NCBI GenBank assembly: GCA_041690395.1
Contig: JAWLHJ010000001.1
Location: 480,001-544,000, forward strand
DNA length: 64,000 bases
Source of the DNA: Longimicrobiales bacterium
Lineage (GTDB): Bacteria > Gemmatimonadota > Gemmatimonadetes > Longimicrobiales > Gaopeijiaceae
Direction: 5' to 3'
The notes below the pieces were generated by a model. The model did no database searches. It saw only the letters and a program-made list of their open reading frames with translations, and was not told the origin of the DNA. Position numbers and translations under genes: made by a program. The first letter of the stretch is position 1. The number at the start of each line of letters is the position of its first letter. Shown one piece after another: positions 22,914 to 34,708 of this stretch.

Positions 22914-23774
22914 TCAGTTCGGCGTCCAGAACCCGGAGAGCGACTCACCCTGCGGGCTCTCGCGCAACTTCTCGAACGCGCGGTTCCGGATCTGGCGGAT
23001 CCGCTCGCGCGTCACGCCGAGCAACGATCCGATCTCCTCGAGGGTGCGCTCCTCGCCGTCGTCGAGCCCGTAGTAGAGATACAGGATCTTCCGCTCGCGC
23101 TCGGTGAGATAGGTCTCGAACATCGACTCGAGGAAGTCGCGTCGCGCGGCGGCCTCGATATCCTCTTCGATGTCGGATCCCTCGGCGCCGGCGAACCGCT
23201 CGCCGAAGCTCGAGCTGTCGCGGTCGCCGCGGTCGATGGGCGCGTCGAGGCTCAGCTCGGACGCCGCGACCCTGCGAAGCGCGCGCACCGTCTCGACCGG
23301 CTCCTCCATCTCGTTCGCGATCTCCTGGTCGGTCGGAGACCGTCCGAGGCTCTGCGTGAGCTGGGTGTCGGTGCGCGAGAGCCGCGCGAGGTTCGAGTTC
23401 TGGTTGAGCGGGATGCGCACGGAGCGCGTCTGTTCGGCGAGCGCCTGCAGGACGGTCTGGCGGATCCACCACACGGCGTAGGAGATGAACTTCACGCCCT
23501 TGTCCGGATCGAACTTCTTCACGGCCTTGAGCAGCCCTTCGTTCCCGATGCAGACCAGCTCGGCGAGGCCCAAGCCTCGTCCCTGGTACTTCTTCACATA
23601 CGAGATGACGAATCGGAGGTTCGCGGTGACCAGCCGCTCGGCCGCCTCCTTGTCCCCGACACGCGCACGCCGGGCGAGCTCCCGCTCCTCCAGGGGGTCC
23701 TGGATGAGCGGATACTTCTCCACGTCCTGTAGGTACTGGTCGAACGAATCCAAGCCACGAGAGGAAGAAAACAT
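22914..23774 (-). CDS. RNA polymerase sigma factor, RpoD/SigA family, lacking region 1.1
   Basis: ANLRFVISYVKKY, FDPDKGVKFISYAVWWIRQ, TLEEIGSLLGVTRERIRQI. Confidence 0.95.
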   Translation of the reverse strand: MFSSSRGLDSFDQYLQDVEKYPLIQDPLEERELARRARVGDKEAAERLVTANLRFVISYVKKYQGRGLGLAELVCIGNEGLLKAVKKFDPDKGVKFISYAVWWIRQTVLQALAEQTRSVRIPLNQNSNLARLSRTDTQLTQSLGRSPTDQEIANEMEEPVETVRALRRVAASELSLDAPIDRGDRDSSSFGERFAGAEGSDIEEDIEAAARRDFLESMFETYLTERERKILYLYYGLDDGEERTLEEIGSLLGVTRERIRQIRNRAFEKLRESPQGESLSGFWTPN

Positions 23775-23896
23775 TCGAGCGATCGTTTCCTCGGCTGCGG
23801 GTCGAACGGACCGTGACTCGGCGGGTCGGCACAGCGACGATGGACGTGTTCGTCGCGGCTCGAAACAGCCGGCCCGGATGCTAAGGCGTGAAAATG

Positions 23897-23925
23897 AAGG
23901 TAAGAACGCCTGTTTACAGGGTCAA
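23897..23925 (-). promoter_or_regulatory. Candidate promoter of the sigma gene at 22914-23774
   Basis: Minus strand TTGACC (23925-23920)-N17-TACCTT (23902-23897) in an AT-rich patch. Confidence 0.55.
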
Positions 23926-24959
23926 AGGTTTTTTTCCGCAGCGTCGGGTGCCGCTGCGGTCGCGTCGGCGGCCGCGGCGGGCCCACGACCCCCGAACTCC
24001 GCGGCCAGCGAGGCGGCGCTCGGGCCGTTCACGAAGAAGAACATCCTGAGGGAGCGTCCCTGTTCGTCGCGGAGGTCGACACGCCGGTAGAACTCCTCCT
24101 CCACGACCTCGCCCAGAGTCAGCGTGCCGAGCTCCACGGCCCGCCCCGTGCGCCCTCGAGGACCGAAGACGAACGCCGGCTCGTCCCCGCGGACGACCAC
24201 CCACCCGGTCGCGAAGCGGGCGAGTCCGGGCAGCCGCAGAATACCCGCTCTTGCGCCACGGAGTCCGCCGCCCGGCGCCATGAGGTCGTCCTCGAGCGTG
24301 CCCCTGACCCAGGTGGGCAGCCGGTCCGTGGGCGTCCACACCCGCTGCCGGAAGGACTGGAAGGCACGGGCGGACGCCAGCCGGGTCGCGAACACGAAGG
24401 CGCGCACGCGGGTCGGCGCGAAGGGGATGCCGATGAGCAGAAGGGCGACGCCCGCTCCCAGCGCGATGCGAGGCTGGTCGAGTGACAGGACGACCAGGGC
24501 GACGACCGTGGCGTCCTCGAGCAGGGAGACGAGGAGCGGATGGGGCCCGGGGGCCGGATCGAGCCAGCGGAGGAGCGCCGAGCCCGAGCGGACCGCATGC
24601 GAGAGCGACGTGAGCAGCCCGCCGAGCAACGCGCCGGGAACGACCACCGAGAGACTCTGGCCATGGAGGAGCAGGGCGGCCAGGAGGGCCCCCGAGACCG
24701 GACGGATGAGCGCATGCACGGCGTTCCAGACTAGGCCGGAGGCGGGCCGCCGCTCGGCCAGGAACTCGAGCGCGTAGGTCAGCCCGATCACGACGACGAT
24801 CGAGGTCGCGTCGAGGTCGCCGAGCGCCCCGGGAAGCGGGTGGTCCCACCAGGGCAGCGTGGGCGCGGCACCGAGGACGAGGAGCGTCAGGTAGAGATCG
24901 ATTCCCGCCGCGATCACCAGCGGAAGGAGGATCCACAGCTCGGGGGCGAGCTCGGGCAT
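23922..24959 (-). CDS. DUF4126-like membrane protein with C-terminal extension
   Basis: AAGIDLYLTLLVLG, LEFLAE, WNAVHALIRPVSGA and VSLLED resemble DUF4126 motifs. Confidence 0.65.
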   Translation of the reverse strand: MPELAPELWILLPLVIAAGIDLYLTLLVLGAAPTLPWWDHPLPGALGDLDATSIVVVIGLTYALEFLAERRPASGLVWNAVHALIRPVSGALLAALLLHGQSLSVVVPGALLGGLLTSLSHAVRSGSALLRWLDPAPGPHPLLVSLLEDATVVALVVLSLDQPRIALGAGVALLLIGIPFAPTRVRAFVFATRLASARAFQSFRQRVWTPTDRLPTWVRGTLEDDLMAPGGGLRGARAGILRLPGLARFATGWVVVRGDEPAFVFGPRGRTGRAVELGTLTLGEVVEEEFYRRVDLRDEQGRSLRMFFFVNGPSAASLAAEFGGRGPAAAADATAAAPDAAEKNL

Positions 24960-24977
24960 GGGCCAGGGGCTCCGGCT

Positions 24978-26249
24978 TCAGCTCGCCGCGGACGGCTCGG
25001 TGAGGAGGAGGACGGCGTTGATGCCGCCGAACCCGAAGGAGTTCGTGAGCAGCGCCCTGACCCGCTGCTCGCGTCCCCGCGGGCCCGTGACGTAGTCCAG
25101 GTCGCACTCCTCGTCGGGATGCTCGAGGTTGAGGACGGGAGGCACCCAGCGGTCCCGGATCGTGAGGCAGGCGATACCTACCTCGATGGCGCCCGACGCG
25201 CCGAGCGCGTGCCCGTGGTAGGGCTTGGTCGCGGTGACGGAGACGCGGTCCGCATGGTCGCCGAGCGCGACCCGCACGGCCCGGCTCTCTGTCGGGTCGT
25301 TCAGCGGCGTGCTCGAGCCGTGCGCGTTCACGTGGTCGATGTCGGTCACGTCGAGGCCGGCGGCGTCGATGGCCGTCGTCATGCAGGCCGCCGCGCGTGA
25401 GCCGTCGGGCCGGGGCGCGGCCATGTGGAAGGCGTCGTTGTTGGTTCCGTAGCCGGCGATCTCGGCATAGATCCGGGCGCCCCGGGCCTTCGCCCGCTCG
25501 GCATCCTCGAGAATCAGGACGCAAGCGCCCTCGCCCATGACGAAGCCGTCGCGGTCGCGGTCGAAGGGTCGGCACGCGGCCGAGGGGTCGTCGTTGCGCT
25601 TGCTCATCGCCCGCATCGAGGCGAAGGCGCCGTAGCAGACCGGCGCCAGGGGGGCGTCCACCCCTCCGGCGAACGCCACGTCCACGGTGCCTTCACGGAT
25701 GAGACGCGCGGCCTCCCCGATGGCCATGGTTCCGGCGGCGCAGCTCATCGCGTTGGTCGAGTTGGGGCCCGTGACCTGGTACTCGATGGCGATGTGGCAG
25801 CTCGCCGCGCCGGCGAAGGTGGTCGTGGCGATGCGCGGATCGATGGCACGCGCGCCCTCCTGGATGAACGCCCTGAGCTGTGTCTCGGCGTGGGAGATCC
25901 CTCCCATGGCGGAGCCCATGAGCACGGCCGTCCGGTCGCCGGCGATGGCCTCCGCGTCGAGGCCGGCGTCATCCATGGCGAGCCTGGCGCTCGAGAGGGT
26001 CAGCTGGACGAAGCGGTCGAGCCGACGAACCTGCTTGGCGTCGAGATAGCGCTCGGCGTCGAAGTCCGGGAGCTCGGCGGCCATACGGCTCCGGAACGGC
26101 GTCGCGTCGAACGCGGTGACGTCGCGTATGGGAGAGCGCGCCGCCCTGAGGCCTTCTCTCAGCTCGTCGACACCCGTGCCGACCGCCGTGATCGGCCCGA
26201 TTCCGGTGACCACCACCGTCCGCGCCTCGCTTCGCCGTCCGACCTGCAT
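24978..26249 (-). CDS. fabF: Beta-ketoacyl-ACP synthase II family protein
   Basis: Catalytic Cys (MSCAAG), NAHGSST, GHALGASG, NSFGFGG; RPFDRDRDGFVMGEGA. Confidence 0.9.
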   Translation of the reverse strand: MQVGRRSEARTVVVTGIGPITAVGTGVDELREGLRAARSPIRDVTAFDATPFRSRMAAELPDFDAERYLDAKQVRRLDRFVQLTLSSARLAMDDAGLDAEAIAGDRTAVLMGSAMGGISHAETQLRAFIQEGARAIDPRIATTTFAGAASCHIAIEYQVTGPNSTNAMSCAAGTMAIGEAARLIREGTVDVAFAGGVDAPLAPVCYGAFASMRAMSKRNDDPSAACRPFDRDRDGFVMGEGACVLILEDAERAKARGARIYAEIAGYGTNNDAFHMAAPRPDGSRAAACMTTAIDAAGLDVTDIDHVNAHGSSTPLNDPTESRAVRVALGDHADRVSVTATKPYHGHALGASGAIEVGIACLTIRDRWVPPVLNLEHPDEECDLDYVTGPRGREQRVRALLTNSFGFGGINAVLLLTEPSAAS

Positions 26250-26552
26250 CCAGCCTCCTCCCTATCTCTCTCACGTTCCGCCGAGTCTCCACCGATGGCC
26301 GACCGGCACGGCGTCCAGGACGCGCGAAACGTGTTCCAGCACCCCGCCCGTGGCAACCTGGAGGGGCGCCCCGTGCGGGACGCGAACACCCGGCGACCAG
26401 CGTATCGGTGGACTGACAGGCCGGAAATGGACAAGTTTGATGTCTTTCCGGGCGACTTTCGCGTCCGGAATTCGTATGAACGAGATCTTCCGGCGGCTGG
26501 TGTCGCAGCGCACGATCGGTGGAGCCGGAAACCCAGCTCTAGGAGAGCATAC

Positions 26553-28175
<1,623 letters not shown>

Positions 28176-28197
28176 ACGGCAGCCGAGCGGCAGTGAC

Positions 28198-28235
28198 GAA
28201 GGGCCGGCGTGGAGATCCATCCGCGCCGGCCCTTC
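28198..28235 (+). terminator. Hairpin after pckA
   Basis: GAAGGGCCGGCGTGGA-GATCCA-TCCGCGCCGGCCCTTC, 16-bp stem. Confidence 0.55.
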
Positions 28236-28319
28236 CGCATGGTCGGACCTTGCCGGCGGCCAGGGTGCGATCGGTCGCGGGCGCGCCCCCGACGGTGGGG
28301 GTGCGTCGTTCCTGCGCCA

Positions 28320-28465
28320 TTCGAAAGTCGTTCGAGAGTCGAACGATTCTCAGGGAGCCGTGTGGCCTGGGCCGTGAGCGGATCTCCGCGCCGGACCTGG
28401 GCTCCGAAGCCGACGCCGCGCGCGGCGTAACGGGAGCGATCGTTCGAACCTCGAACGACTTCCAA
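28320..28465 (+). repeat. Dispersed ~146-bp inverted-arm element, copy 3 (146 bp)
   Basis: TTCGAAAGTCGTTCGAGAGTCGAACGA ... GATCGTTCGAACCTCGAACGACTTCCAA. Confidence 0.93.
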
Positions 28466-28674
28466 CCTGGCGAACCGAGCAGCGCGACCGCGCCGGGTGA
28501 CTGCGCGGGAGCGTCGCGTGGCGGGCGGGAACCCGATGTCACAGACACCCGACGCGCGTCGCACCTGTCGATGGCGCACCCGGCTCCTTCGATTAGCTTC
28601 GGAGTCTGTCGGCCCGCCGGATTTCCGAGGCGGGCTGCTCGGAGGGCAGGTATCCCGCAACGACCGGAGCATCG

Positions 28675-30069
28675 ATGAGGCAGCCAGCATCCCCGTTCGT
28701 CCTCGCGTTCCTCGCGCTCGCGACCGTCATGAGCGGCCCGATGGCCGCGCAAGCCGGCGCGCAGGCTCCGGCCATGATCCCCGACGGGACACCGGCGCGC
28801 GTGCATCCGCTGCCGACGCTGCGCGAGCAGGCAGTGGAGCAGCAGGCGTGGCTGGAAGCACGGCTCGATCGGGTGCTGCCGGCGCTCATGTCCGAGTACG
28901 GCGTGGACATGTGGGTCCTGTCCATGCGCGAATACGCCGAGGATCCGGTGTTCTGGTCGATGACGGCCCCGACCACCTTCGCGGCCCGGCGCCGGTCCAT
29001 CTACGTCATGACCCGCCAGCCCGACGGCACGGTCGAGCGGTTGGCGCTCGGCGGTACCAGTCAGGGCGGCGTCTTCGAGGCGTTCCGCTCCTCCCGGCCC
29101 GCGCCGACCGAGGACACAGGTGAGCTGGTGGGCGACGAACAGTGGACGCTCTTCCGGGAGCTGGTCGAGGACCGCGACCCGGCGAACATCGTCCTGAACA
29201 TCGACCCGGTGTGGGCGTTCTCCGACGGCCTCCACGCCGGCGAGCGGGAGGCGCTCGAGGAGGCACTGGGCCCCTACGTCGATCGGGTCGTCCGCGAGCC
29301 CCGCCTGGCGATGAACTATATCGGGCTGCGGCTCCCGGAGATGATGCCCCGCTACCGGAAGATCCAGGAGACGGTCCACGCGATGATCTCGCAGGCGTTC
29401 TCGAACGCCGTCATCACGCCCGGTGAGACGACCACAGAGGACGTCGTCTGGTGGCTCCGCCAGAAGTCGCAGGAGCTCGGCTACACGAACTGGTTCCAGC
29501 CGTCCGTCGACGTGCAGCGTCAGGGCGGCGTGTCCGGCGACGGTCCGACGGTCATCCAGCCGGGAGACCTGCTGTGGACCGACTTCGGCGTGGTGGCCAT
29601 GAACCTCCACACCGACACGCAGCATCTCGGCTACGTGCTGCGCCCCGGCGAGACCGAGGCGCCCGAAGGGCTCCGGCAGTGCCTCGCCGACTCGAACCGC
29701 ATGCAGGACATCCACCTCGAGGAGATGGGTCCCGGCCGCACCGGCAACGAGATCCTCGCGGCCATCCTGGCACGCATGGAGTCCGAGGGGATCGACGGGA
29801 CGGTCTACACCCACCCGATCGGCGACCACGGCCACGGCGCCGGCCCCCTGATCGGCCGGTGGGACGCGCAGGAAGGCGTGCCGGTGCGCGGGGACGCGGT
29901 GCTGCTCCCGTCGACGTGGCACTCCATCGAGCTTCAGGCGACGCGCCAGATCCCGGAGTGGGGCGGCGACATCGCCCGCTGCCGGCAGGAGGAGGAGGCC
30001 TATCTGGACACGGACGGCGACCGCCACTGGGCGTTCCGCCGGCAGAGCACCTTCCACCTCGTCTGGTAG
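28675..30069 (+). CDS. Secreted M24-family (Xaa-Pro-like) metallopeptidase
   Basis: Signal peptide; pita-bread ligands GDLLWTDFG...HTDTQ, THPIGDHGH, SIEL, QEEE. Confidence 0.8.
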   Translation: MRQPASPFVLAFLALATVMSGPMAAQAGAQAPAMIPDGTPARVHPLPTLREQAVEQQAWLEARLDRVLPALMSEYGVDMWVLSMREYAEDPVFWSMTAPTTFAARRRSIYVMTRQPDGTVERLALGGTSQGGVFEAFRSSRPAPTEDTGELVGDEQWTLFRELVEDRDPANIVLNIDPVWAFSDGLHAGEREALEEALGPYVDRVVREPRLAMNYIGLRLPEMMPRYRKIQETVHAMISQAFSNAVITPGETTTEDVVWWLRQKSQELGYTNWFQPSVDVQRQGGVSGDGPTVIQPGDLLWTDFGVVAMNLHTDTQHLGYVLRPGETEAPEGLRQCLADSNRMQDIHLEEMGPGRTGNEILAAILARMESEGIDGTVYTHPIGDHGHGAGPLIGRWDAQEGVPVRGDAVLLPSTWHSIELQATRQIPEWGGDIARCRQEEEAYLDTDGDRHWAFRRQSTFHLVW

Positions 30070-30081
30070 GGCCGCACACGC

Positions 30082-31494
30082 ATGAAGGTGGCGCCGCCGG
30101 GCAGGAGGTTCGATCGATCCATCGTCGAGGGCCCGATCAAGGGCGCGGTCTGGAAGCTCGCCTGGCCGACCATGCTCCAGAACATCATCGGCGGACTGCA
30201 GGGCATCGTGGACCACGCGATGGTCGGGCACTACGTCGGCTACACCGGGAACGCGGCCATCGGCGTGTCGTGGCAGATCTGGGTCGTGGTCATCGTCTTC
30301 ATCAGCTCGCTCTTCACCGGGATGGGCGTGCTGGTCGCGCGCTTCGCGGGGCAGGACGACTCGGAGAAGGTGAACCGCACCGTCTACCAGGCGTTCATCA
30401 CGTCCGTGCTCATCGTGGTCGGGGTCATGGCGCCCGTGGGGTACTTCGCGGCGCCCTGGCTGCTGGATCTGGTCAATGCGGCGCCGGAGGTGCAGGCCGA
30501 AGCGCTTCCCTACCTCCGGATCATGTTCGTGTTCTCGTTCGGCATGCTGATGTTCTTCATGCTCGGCGGGGCGCTCCGCTCGGCCGGGGACGCGCAGACG
30601 CCGCTCCGCCTCGGCGTCGCGCTCACGCTCCTGAACATCGTGCTCAACGTGATCCTGATCCGCGGGCTGGGCCCGATTCCGGCGTTCGGGACCACGGGTG
30701 CGGCGCTCGGCACGGTCATCTCAGCGGGGATCGTGACCGTCTATGCGTTCGTGCGGCTCTTCGACGGGCACTGGGTCGTCCAGTTCCACCGGGGGATGGG
30801 GCTGAAGCCCGACTGGGTGATCATCCGGGAGATCTTCCGCTTCGGCCTCCCGACCGGCATCCAGGGCGTGGCGATGAACGTCGGCGGCGTGTTCCTCCTC
30901 GCCTTCGTCGGGGCGCTCGCGGTGAGCGCGGAGGCGCAGGCCGCGTACGTGGTGAGCTACACGCAGATCTTCTCGTTCATCACCTGGACCTCCGTCGGCA
31001 TGATGGGCGCGACGGCCGCGGTGGCCGGCCAGAACCTCGGCGCCGGGCAGCCCGACCGCGCGAGCCGCGCGGTGCACACGGCCGCGGGGTTCGGACTGCT
31101 GCTGGCGGCGATCTTCGGGCTGAGCTTCGTGCTGATTCCACGCGCTCTCCTCGGGGTGTTCGGCATGGAGAACGAGCTGGTGCTCGAGCTGGGCGTGGAG
31201 CTGCTTCGCTATCTGTCGATCTCGGGGCTCTTCATCACGGTGGCCCTCGCCTACACCGGCGGGCTCCAGGGCACCGGTGACACGAAGAGTCCCATGTACA
31301 TCTCCATCGTGTCCCAGGTGATCATCCCGCTCGGGATGTGCTTCACCATCCAGCAGCTCTCGACTCTCGAGGCCCACCACATCTGGATGGCGATCGTCAT
31401 CGGCCACTTCACGCGGGCGGTGCTGAGCGTCGGGGTGTTCCGGCGTGAGCGGTGGAGGAACATCGAGGTCGACATCGGGCGGGCACGGGCATGA
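30082..31494 (+). CDS. MATE-family efflux transporter
   Basis: KLAWPTML, VDHAMVG, LRSAGDAQTP, LQGTGDTKSPM; 12-TM pattern. Confidence 0.92.
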   Translation: MKVAPPGRRFDRSIVEGPIKGAVWKLAWPTMLQNIIGGLQGIVDHAMVGHYVGYTGNAAIGVSWQIWVVVIVFISSLFTGMGVLVARFAGQDDSEKVNRTVYQAFITSVLIVVGVMAPVGYFAAPWLLDLVNAAPEVQAEALPYLRIMFVFSFGMLMFFMLGGALRSAGDAQTPLRLGVALTLLNIVLNVILIRGLGPIPAFGTTGAALGTVISAGIVTVYAFVRLFDGHWVVQFHRGMGLKPDWVIIREIFRFGLPTGIQGVAMNVGGVFLLAFVGALAVSAEAQAAYVVSYTQIFSFITWTSVGMMGATAAVAGQNLGAGQPDRASRAVHTAAGFGLLLAAIFGLSFVLIPRALLGVFGMENELVLELGVELLRYLSISGLFITVALAYTGGLQGTGDTKSPMYISIVSQVIIPLGMCFTIQQLSTLEAHHIWMAIVIGHFTRAVLSVGVFRRERWRNIEVDIGRARA

Positions 31495-32801
31495 TCCAGA
31501 TCTTCGCGATCTGTGCCCTGCTCATCGCCCTGAACGGACTCTTCGTCGCGGCGGAGTTCGCGGCCGTCAGCGTCCGCACGAGCCGGATCCAGCAGGCCGC
31601 CGAGGAAGGCAACCGCTTCGCCCGGCGGCTGATGAGGATCATGGACGACCCGAGGGCGCTGGACGCCTACATCGCGGCGTGCCAGGTCGGCATCACCCTG
31701 TCGAGCCTGATCCTCGGTGCGTTCGGACAGCAGAGCCTCGCGCACCTGCTCATTCCGGTCTTCGAAGGGCTCGGCGGGCTGCAGAACGCGGCGGCCCAGT
31801 CCGCCTCCGCGCTCGCGGTGCTCATCGGACTCACCGTCGCCCAGATGGTCCTCGGCGAGCTGGTCCCGAAGTCCGTCGCGCTCCAGTTCCCGACGCCGGT
31901 CAGCCTGGCGACCGTCCTGCCGATGGAGGTCGCGTCCCGGGTGCTGACGCCGTTCATCTGGATCCTGAACGGGAGCGGATGGATCATCCTGCGTGGGCTC
32001 GGCATATCGCCCGAAGGGCACCGGCACCTGCACTCTCCCCAGGAGATCCAGTACCTGGTCGCGGAGAGCCGCAAGGGTGGGCTGCTGTCGCCCGAGGAGC
32101 AGCGGCGCCTCCAGCAGGCGCTGTCGATGGGCGTGCGGCGGGTCCGGCAGCTCATGGTTCCGCGCACGGAGATGGTGGCGCTGCGCGCCGACCAGACGGT
32201 CGCCGAAGCGCACGAGGCCACCAAGGCGCTCCCCTATACGCGGTATCCGATCTACCGCGAGACGATCGACGGGATCGCGGGCTACGTCCACGCGCGCGAC
32301 CTGGCCATGGCCCGCCTGGAAGGGAAGGGCGACACGGCGCTGGCGGCGTTCTCCCGTCCGATCATGGGCGTTCCCGAGGAGCTCTCCGCGGACAGGCTGC
32401 TGGCACGCCTTCGCGAGACCCGGGCGGTCATGGCCCTCGTCGTGGACGAGTACGGCGGCGTCGCCGGCCTGGTCACCATCCACGATCTGCTGGCCGAGCT
32501 GCTCGGCGACATGGCCGAGGAGCCCTGGCCCGAGGGACCCGGACCGGAGCGACTCGCGGACGGGAGCATCCGGCTGCCCGGCCGCTTGACCGTGTACGAG
32601 GCCGAGGAGATGACCGGCCTACGTTGGTCGGGCGAAGCCGACACCGTGAACGGTATCGTGACCGACCGGCTCGGGCGTGTGCCCATGGTCGGCGATACGC
32701 TGCTGGTCGACGATGCAACGGTCATGGTGGAAGGGGTCGAGGGCGTGGTGGCGACCTGGGTGGTCGTGAAGCCGGCGCCGAGCGCGGTAGGTGACGTATG
32801 A
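31491..32801 (+). CDS. HlyC/CorC (CNNM-CBS) family transporter
   Basis: LNGLFVAAEFA, QVGITLSSL, GELVPKS, MVPR, VVDEYGGVAGLVT; ATG overlaps the MATE stop. Confidence 0.92.
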   Translation: MIQIFAICALLIALNGLFVAAEFAAVSVRTSRIQQAAEEGNRFARRLMRIMDDPRALDAYIAACQVGITLSSLILGAFGQQSLAHLLIPVFEGLGGLQNAAAQSASALAVLIGLTVAQMVLGELVPKSVALQFPTPVSLATVLPMEVASRVLTPFIWILNGSGWIILRGLGISPEGHRHLHSPQEIQYLVAESRKGGLLSPEEQRRLQQALSMGVRRVRQLMVPRTEMVALRADQTVAEAHEATKALPYTRYPIYRETIDGIAGYVHARDLAMARLEGKGDTALAAFSRPIMGVPEELSADRLLARLRETRAVMALVVDEYGGVAGLVTIHDLLAELLGDMAEEPWPEGPGPERLADGSIRLPGRLTVYEAEEMTGLRWSGEADTVNGIVTDRLGRVPMVGDTLLVDDATVMVEGVEGVVATWVVVKPAPSAVGDV

Positions 32802-34108
32802 CCGCGGTCCTGGTTCCGGTGCTCATCGTCACGGTCCTGATCCTCCTGAACGGGCTCTTCGTCGCCGCGGAATTCGCCGTGGTGACGGTGCCGCGCGCCT
32901 CGGTCGAGCGGAGAGCGAACCGGGGCGATCGCTGGGGCGGCTTCCTGCGCCGCACCCAGGAAGACCCGATGCTCCTCGACCGGTACATCGCCACCGCGCA
33001 GCTCGGCATCACGCTGTCGAGCCTCGGCCTGGGCATGTACGGTGAGCACCTGCTGGCGGAGTGGCTCGCGGGGGTCTTCCAGGGGTGGGGGATGGGCGAG
33101 GAGCGATGGATCGGCGCGCACGCCGCGGGCACCGTGGTCGCGATCGCGTTCCTGACCTACTGGCACGTGGTCGTGGGCGAGATGGTGCCGAAGGCGCTCG
33201 CGTTACAACACGCGGAAGCGACGGTCTTCGCGGTAACCCCCATCATGCGCGGGATTCAGCTCGCCGTGCTCCCACTGGTTCTGGCCCTGAACGGCATCGG
33301 GAACGGGGTGCTCCGGCTCATCGGTATCAGCCGCTCCGAGCACGGGTCGGAGTCGTACCGAACCCCCGGCGAGCTCGAGTACATCGTGCGGGAGAGCCAG
33401 GCCGGGGGACTTCTCCGGAAAGAGTCGGCTCGCGTCGTCCAGGAGCTGCTCGACTTCGGCAACCTCACCGCTCGAGAGGTCATGATCCCCCGCGTGCAGA
33501 TCCGCGGGCTGCCGAAGGACATCGCGCCGGAAGAGCTCGAGCGGCGGCTGCGTGAGCGGCCCCACACGCGCTATCCCGTCTACGAGGGGAGTCTCGACCG
33601 GGTCGTCGGCTGCGTGCACGTGCGGGACCTGGTCCGGGACGACGGCTCCGAGCCGGTGGTGCTCGACGAGTTCGTGCACCCGCTGCCGTTCGTGCCCGAG
33701 AGCCTCGGGCTCGACCGGGTGCTCGAGGCGCTGCACCGGAGCGGCTCGCGGATGGCCGTGGTGATGGACGAGCACGGAGGCACGGCGGGGCTCGTCACCA
33801 TCGAAGACATCTTCGAGGAAGTCGTGGGAGAGGTGGAGGGGGTTCCGGAGCTGAGCCGCAACGTGGCGGGCGAGGTTCGCGCGCTGGGCCGGGTCCGCCT
33901 CGAAGACCTGGGCGACGCCCTGGGACGCGCCCTCGACCATCCCGAGGTCGATACCCTGAGCGGCCTCGTGCTCGACCTGGTGGGCCGTCCCGCGAAGGCC
34001 GGAGACCGGGTGCGCTACCGGGGGCTCGAGATCGAGGTGTTGTCGGTGGAGGGGCACGGCGTCGGCCAGGCGCGCGTCCACCGGATCGAGGATCAGGCAA
34101 AGGGGTGA
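32798..34108 (+). CDS. HlyC/CorC (CNNM-CBS) family transporter, tandem paralog
   Basis: LNGLFVAAEFA, QLGITLSSL, GEMVPKA, VMDEHGGTAGLVTIEDIFEEVVGE. Confidence 0.92.
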   Translation: MTAVLVPVLIVTVLILLNGLFVAAEFAVVTVPRASVERRANRGDRWGGFLRRTQEDPMLLDRYIATAQLGITLSSLGLGMYGEHLLAEWLAGVFQGWGMGEERWIGAHAAGTVVAIAFLTYWHVVVGEMVPKALALQHAEATVFAVTPIMRGIQLAVLPLVLALNGIGNGVLRLIGISRSEHGSESYRTPGELEYIVRESQAGGLLRKESARVVQELLDFGNLTAREVMIPRVQIRGLPKDIAPEELERRLRERPHTRYPVYEGSLDRVVGCVHVRDLVRDDGSEPVVLDEFVHPLPFVPESLGLDRVLEALHRSGSRMAVVMDEHGGTAGLVTIEDIFEEVVGEVEGVPELSRNVAGEVRALGRVRLEDLGDALGRALDHPEVDTLSGLVLDLVGRPAKAGDRVRYRGLEIEVLSVEGHGVGQARVHRIEDQAKG

Positions 34109-34222
34109 CGGTGGCCGGCCGGCGGGGAGGGTCGCATGGGCGGTCCGGGTCGCACCGAGCGTCCGATCTTCCCATACTCCCCGTCACGATGACGACGAAC
34201 GACTCAGGGAGAGAGCGGATCC

Positions 34223-34681
34223 ATGGCGAAGCGGTATTGGCTGATGAAGTCGGAGCCCGACGTGTACTCGATCGACGACCTCGAGCGTGAGGGGTCCACC
34301 TGCTGGGAGGGTATCCGCAACTACAAAGCGCGGAACAACATGCAGGAGATGAAGGTCGGCGACGAGGTGCTCTTCTACCACTCCAACGCGAATCCTCCGG
34401 GGATCGCCGGTCTGGCGCGCGTCTCCAAGGAGGCGTATCCGGACCACTTCGCGTTCGAGAAGAAGCACAAGTACCACGACCCGAAGTCGGATCCGGACGA
34501 TCCCCGCTGGTTCATGGTCGACATCGAGTTCGTCGCGAAGGCGCCGGACTTCGTTCCGTTGTCGGACGTCAAGGACGACGCCAAGCTGTCGGACATGGAG
34601 CTGGTACGGTACGGACGTCTCTCCGTGCAGTCGGTGAAGAAGGACGAGTTCGAGCGTGTGAAGAAGATGGCGGGCTTATAA
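34223..34681 (+). CDS. EVE domain-containing protein
   Basis: YWLMKSEP, WEGIRNYKARN, FYHS, RLSVQ. Confidence 0.95.
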   Translation: MAKRYWLMKSEPDVYSIDDLEREGSTCWEGIRNYKARNNMQEMKVGDEVLFYHSNANPPGIAGLARVSKEAYPDHFAFEKKHKYHDPKSDPDDPRWFMVDIEFVAKAPDFVPLSDVKDDAKLSDMELVRYGRLSVQSVKKDEFERVKKMAGL

Positions 34682-34708
34682 CTGCGGCTTCCAGCTGGAG
34701 GTGGGCGG

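Noticed and set aside
25425..26552. 376-codon N-terminal extension of pckA in the ORF track
   Set aside because: It overlaps fabF in antisense. A clear AGGAG RBS precedes ATG 26553, which gives a normal-length PckA.
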